Positions 46,927 through 50,063 of a stretch of 50,063 nt of DNA are shown piece by piece. The stretch comes from a virus (Duplodnaviria; Caudoviricetes), in the IMG/VR virus record IMGVR_UViG_3300037245_001177, positions 1 to 50,063 of that record; one strand, given 5' to 3'. Position 1 is the stretch's first letter, and every line of letters begins with the position of its first letter. A program made the translations under genes and the position numbers. The notes beneath the pieces are model-generated. The model saw only the letters and a program-made list of their open reading frames with translations, was not told the origin of the DNA and made no database searches.

Positions 46927-49250
46927 TGAATAGTATTTCACCAACATATTATAATTTAGTACGATATTTTCTTTTAGGCGATACGATAGGCCGAAAAAAG
47001 ATTAGTGAGCCTATTGGATGGAAAGAAGATGAAAAAGAATTTAAACGTAGTCCTAAAGTACATGGTGTTTTTATAAACTTATCGAATAATTTAGAATTTT
47101 ACAAAGGAGATGAAAAGAATAATGGTGGTTACGATTATTTAGTTGCATCTTATGAAGCAGAAGGAATTAATGCGAATGTAATTTTAATTAAACAAGAGCA
47201 AGTTAATAATGAATGGGTAGAAAGTTATAGAGGTCATTTAGATTTTTCAACATACTCAAAATTAAACAATAAAGCTAAAATTAGATTTAATGAAAGTGGA
47301 TTATATGAAAAGATAAAAGCCAGACAAAGTGAAAAGATTGAATTAGGCCGATTAGATACAATGGATGGTGATGCTATTGAACCTTTAGAAACTGAGACAG
47401 TTGCTTTAGATGGTAGGGAGATATTGATATTGAGTAAATTACAAAGGACTAAAACACCTGAATCTAATACACAAAAAGCTGGTCAAAATTTTGTAATAAA
47501 TCAAGAAACACATTCTCAATTATCATTCGCTCATAATAGTTTAGGGGATTTTGAAGCTATTGCAGTCCCAATAAGTATGATTTCAGAAATTAGTGGTGAT
47601 GTGCAAACAGTTTACGATTATGATATCCCTGAGAACGAATCAAGTTATGGGGATGGTAAAGGAACAGGTAATATGTTTTACGCTATTGCAGATGATGATA
47701 TTCCTTTAACTATTGATTTTAATGTTAGTTTTATGTTTTCAGGATCTTATGTTTCTGATGAAATTAGATTAGATATTGTTAAATATGAAAATGGATTAAA
47801 TTATGATTTTAAAGAATATATTAATTTAAAAACGGTTACAAATCCTGTTGCTGATCTTGTATATAGTTTTGTATCAACAGATGAAGAAATAGAGTTATTA
47901 ATAGGTGAAAGTTTAGCGTTAGTATTCCATTCGACAAGACAATCTAATTCAAGAGTAGGTATGCAAGTATTTGATGCTGATGTTACAATTAAAGATTTCA
48001 CATTCTTCGATAAATCAACTGCTAAATTCGTTTTACCAAAAGAAGGATTAGAAAGAATATTACATATAATTACAGGAGTAGAAAATACATTAAAATCAAA
48101 TATTTTAGGAAGAACAGATTTAGGTGATGCAGTTGATGGTGATGCAAGTTTAACCGGATTAACCAATGGTTTTTGGGTTAGAAAGTTTGATGATGAAGAA
48201 TTAACAACATCATTTAAAGACTTTATAGGTGCTTTTGAAACTATATGGCAGATTGGGTACGGAATTGAGAAATTAGGATTTACAGAGCAAGTTAGGGTGG
48301 AGAAATTAACTCATTTCTACAATGATAATGTTACAATAGTATTAGGCACTCCTAAAAACATAAAACGAACAGTTGCAAAGGAATATTTTTATAGTGGAAT
48401 TGAAATTGGTTACGAAAAACCAAGTGGAGATAATTTGTATGAAGAGTCAATGGGTTTAGATGAATACAATATCAGAAACTCATACACTACAATTATTTCA
48501 AGAGTAGAAAACGCATTTAATAAATTATCTAAATATAGAGCAGATAGTTACGGTAAAGAATTTGCACGTAGAAAACCGATAACTAATTTTCCAGAAGAAG
48601 ATACTCGTTATGATAAAGAGGTGATGGTAATGGACCTAAAACGTAATTCAGAAGGTGGAACAAATTTTGAAGAACGAAAATGGGCTGATGATTTTGAAAT
48701 ACCATTAAATTTTCCCAACTTTGATGTAACCGGAGTATTCTCTGCTGATACAGCTACAAATTTACGATTTAGTCCTTTAAACACTTTATTACGTTGGGGA
48801 TTTTGGATAAAAGGAGGTTTAGATAAGTACTTAACTTCTTATATTAGATACGGAAGTACAGAAGGAAATAGTAGTTTAAAAACTCAATTAATAGGAGGTG
48901 ATACTGAATATGCTGAAAATGGGAATGTTTTAGTTTCTGATTTAGATAAAAATATTTTCATTCCTGAGTACGTTGAATTTGAATTCCCAGTTGATAGTGA
49001 ATTATTACGTACAGTAAATTCAAGTACAGTATTTGATGGTGAAACTATTATGAATTACTACGGATTAGTAGAATTTATAAATGAAGATAATAAGTACGAA
49101 TATGGCTATTTAATGAATTTGAAACCGAACGGAAAAGGAAGTTGGAAATTATTAAGAGCAAATAAAAAAGCGTACAGAAGAGCAGTTCAAAAAGGTGGAG
49201 ATAACACAATAACAGTACCTAGTAATTTAGAAATTGTTGATATAAATTAA
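46926..49250 (+). CDS. Putative distal tail/hub protein
   Basis: 774 aa directly after the tape measure gene; N-terminal EPIGW motif. Confidence 0.6.
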   Translation: MNSISPTYYNLVRYFLLGDTIGRKKISEPIGWKEDEKEFKRSPKVHGVFINLSNNLEFYKGDEKNNGGYDYLVASYEAEGINANVILIKQEQVNNEWVESYRGHLDFSTYSKLNNKAKIRFNESGLYEKIKARQSEKIELGRLDTMDGDAIEPLETETVALDGREILILSKLQRTKTPESNTQKAGQNFVINQETHSQLSFAHNSLGDFEAIAVPISMISEISGDVQTVYDYDIPENESSYGDGKGTGNMFYAIADDDIPLTIDFNVSFMFSGSYVSDEIRLDIVKYENGLNYDFKEYINLKTVTNPVADLVYSFVSTDEEIELLIGESLALVFHSTRQSNSRVGMQVFDADVTIKDFTFFDKSTAKFVLPKEGLERILHIITGVENTLKSNILGRTDLGDAVDGDASLTGLTNGFWVRKFDDEELTTSFKDFIGAFETIWQIGYGIEKLGFTEQVRVEKLTHFYNDNVTIVLGTPKNIKRTVAKEYFYSGIEIGYEKPSGDNLYEESMGLDEYNIRNSYTTIISRVENAFNKLSKYRADSYGKEFARRKPITNFPEEDTRYDKEVMVMDLKRNSEGGTNFEERKWADDFEIPLNFPNFDVTGVFSADTATNLRFSPLNTLLRWGFWIKGGLDKYLTSYIRYGSTEGNSSLKTQLIGGDTEYAENGNVLVSDLDKNIFIPEYVEFEFPVDSELLRTVNSSTVFDGETIMNYYGLVEFINEDNKYEYGYLMNLKPNGKGSWKLLRANKKAYRRAVQKGGDNTITVPSNLEIVDIN

Positions 49251-49252
49251 TT

Positions 49253-49516
49253 ATGGCAAAAGCGTATTTAATATGGGATGATTCTACTGCATTAGAAGGA
49301 ATACATCATTACAGAGTATATCAGGATGATAAATTGGTATCAAATCCGTATATTAGAACTTATACTGTAGATGATTTAGAATTTGATATTGAATATAGTT
49401 TTTACATAGTAGCGGTAACAAATGATGATAGGATTTCTAAAAAAAGTGAAACTGTAAGCGTAACATTGGTAGAAGGGCAAAACAATTTTAATTATAATTT
49501 TAATTTTTATATATAA
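49253..49516 (+). CDS. Fibronectin type III domain protein
   Basis: LIWD...HYRVY...YTVDDL....EYSFYIVAV...S.KS. Confidence 0.75.
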   Translation: MAKAYLIWDDSTALEGIHHYRVYQDDKLVSNPYIRTYTVDDLEFDIEYSFYIVAVTNDDRISKKSETVSVTLVEGQNNFNYNFNFYI

Positions 49517-50063
49517 TGGGATTTTTAACATGGGCAGATAAGGTTGGTATTATACCAAAAAAAATAAGAATTAATCAATGGCAAGATGATGATGCTAATG
49601 AGACAAAAACTGCTGTAAATGATAATGATACTAGGATAGGTGTTTTAGAGCCTAAAGTAACTTCGCTTGAAACTGGTCAAACAGGGGGGTTAATATCGTT
49701 CACTACAAAAGCTATATTAGATGCACATACAGATGCTGGAAATAATGATAGTTATAAAGTAACTAATGATAGTACAAGCTCAAACAATGGTTATTATCAT
49801 TGGAGTGGTTCAGCTTATGTTAAAGATGCAAGTTTAGCAAATGGCGAAGTTGCAGAAGGTGATCCTGATGCTGTTGAGGGTGGTAAAATATTTGATAATA
49901 ATAAAATACAGTCTTTATTTGATATAAATAGAGGTTATGTAACTATTGAAAACAATGTTATTACTTTAGGTGTTGGTAATCATTTTTTTATAGACAAAAC
50001 AAATACAACAGTTTCGACTAATGTAGCTATTGAGGAAGTTCATACTTTAGGACATAATGAAAG
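49516..50063 (+). CDS. 5' part of the GDPD tail fibre, continuing at position 160
   Basis: TAATG-coupled ATG at 49516 (MGFLTWADKVG...); no stop before the window end. Confidence 0.85.
   Translation, partial: MGFLTWADKVGIIPKKIRINQWQDDDANETKTAVNDNDTRIGVLEPKVTSLETGQTGGLISFTTKAILDAHTDAGNNDSYKVTNDSTSSNNGYYHWSGSAYVKDASLANGEVAEGDPDAVEGGKIFDNNKIQSLFDINRGYVTIENNVITLGVGNHFFIDKTNTTVSTNVAIEEVHTLGHNE
49905..50063 (+). repeat. Terminal direct repeat / circular overlap, right copy
   Basis: 158/159 identical to 1-159. Confidence 0.97.

Noticed and set aside
1648-48166. Short antisense or overlapping ORFs in the track (e.g. 1648-1860, 14455-14688, 14855-15169, 35797-36048, 43586-44011, 44748-45302, 47801-48166)
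   Set aside because: Shadow frames of well-supported genes with no recognisable motifs.
1-50063. Integrase/lysogeny module, tRNA genes, alternative genetic code
   Set aside because: No recombinase motifs or tRNA cloverleaf recognised by eye (tRNAscan-SE not run). Core genes are intact under the standard code.

Overview
This window is an apparently complete, circularly permuted genome of about 49.9 kb from an AT-rich tailed phage with siphovirus-like gene content. Bases 1-159 recur at 49905-50063 with one mismatch, and one ORF reads across the junction. The host is probably in Bacteroidota (Flavobacteriia-like), based on TAnnTTTG promoters and signal peptides ending in Gln. Modules: tail fibre/lysis (1-10283, +); replication/recombination (10387-17730, -; DnaB, initiator, RusA, MBL hydrolase, RecT, SMC-like ATPase); accessory and early genes (17776-33313); packaging, head and tail (33313-50063, +). 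I found no integrase, reverse transcriptase, tRNA or CRISPR array. The main observation is a 6 kb array at 18075-24155 in which two kinds of segment alternate strictly at AACT/AGTT cores. Each segment has its own imperfect terminal inverted repeats. Nine segments look like attC arms with whole genes in the loop, including a C5 methyltransferase and a PAPS-reductase-family protein. Six intervening segments are 109-114 bp and non-coding. Two ORFs are in-frame fusions across a core with the same QSSL junction. This looks like an integrase-less, integron-like cassette and domain-shuffling system. The mechanism is inferred, and all alignments and family calls were made by eye without database searches.
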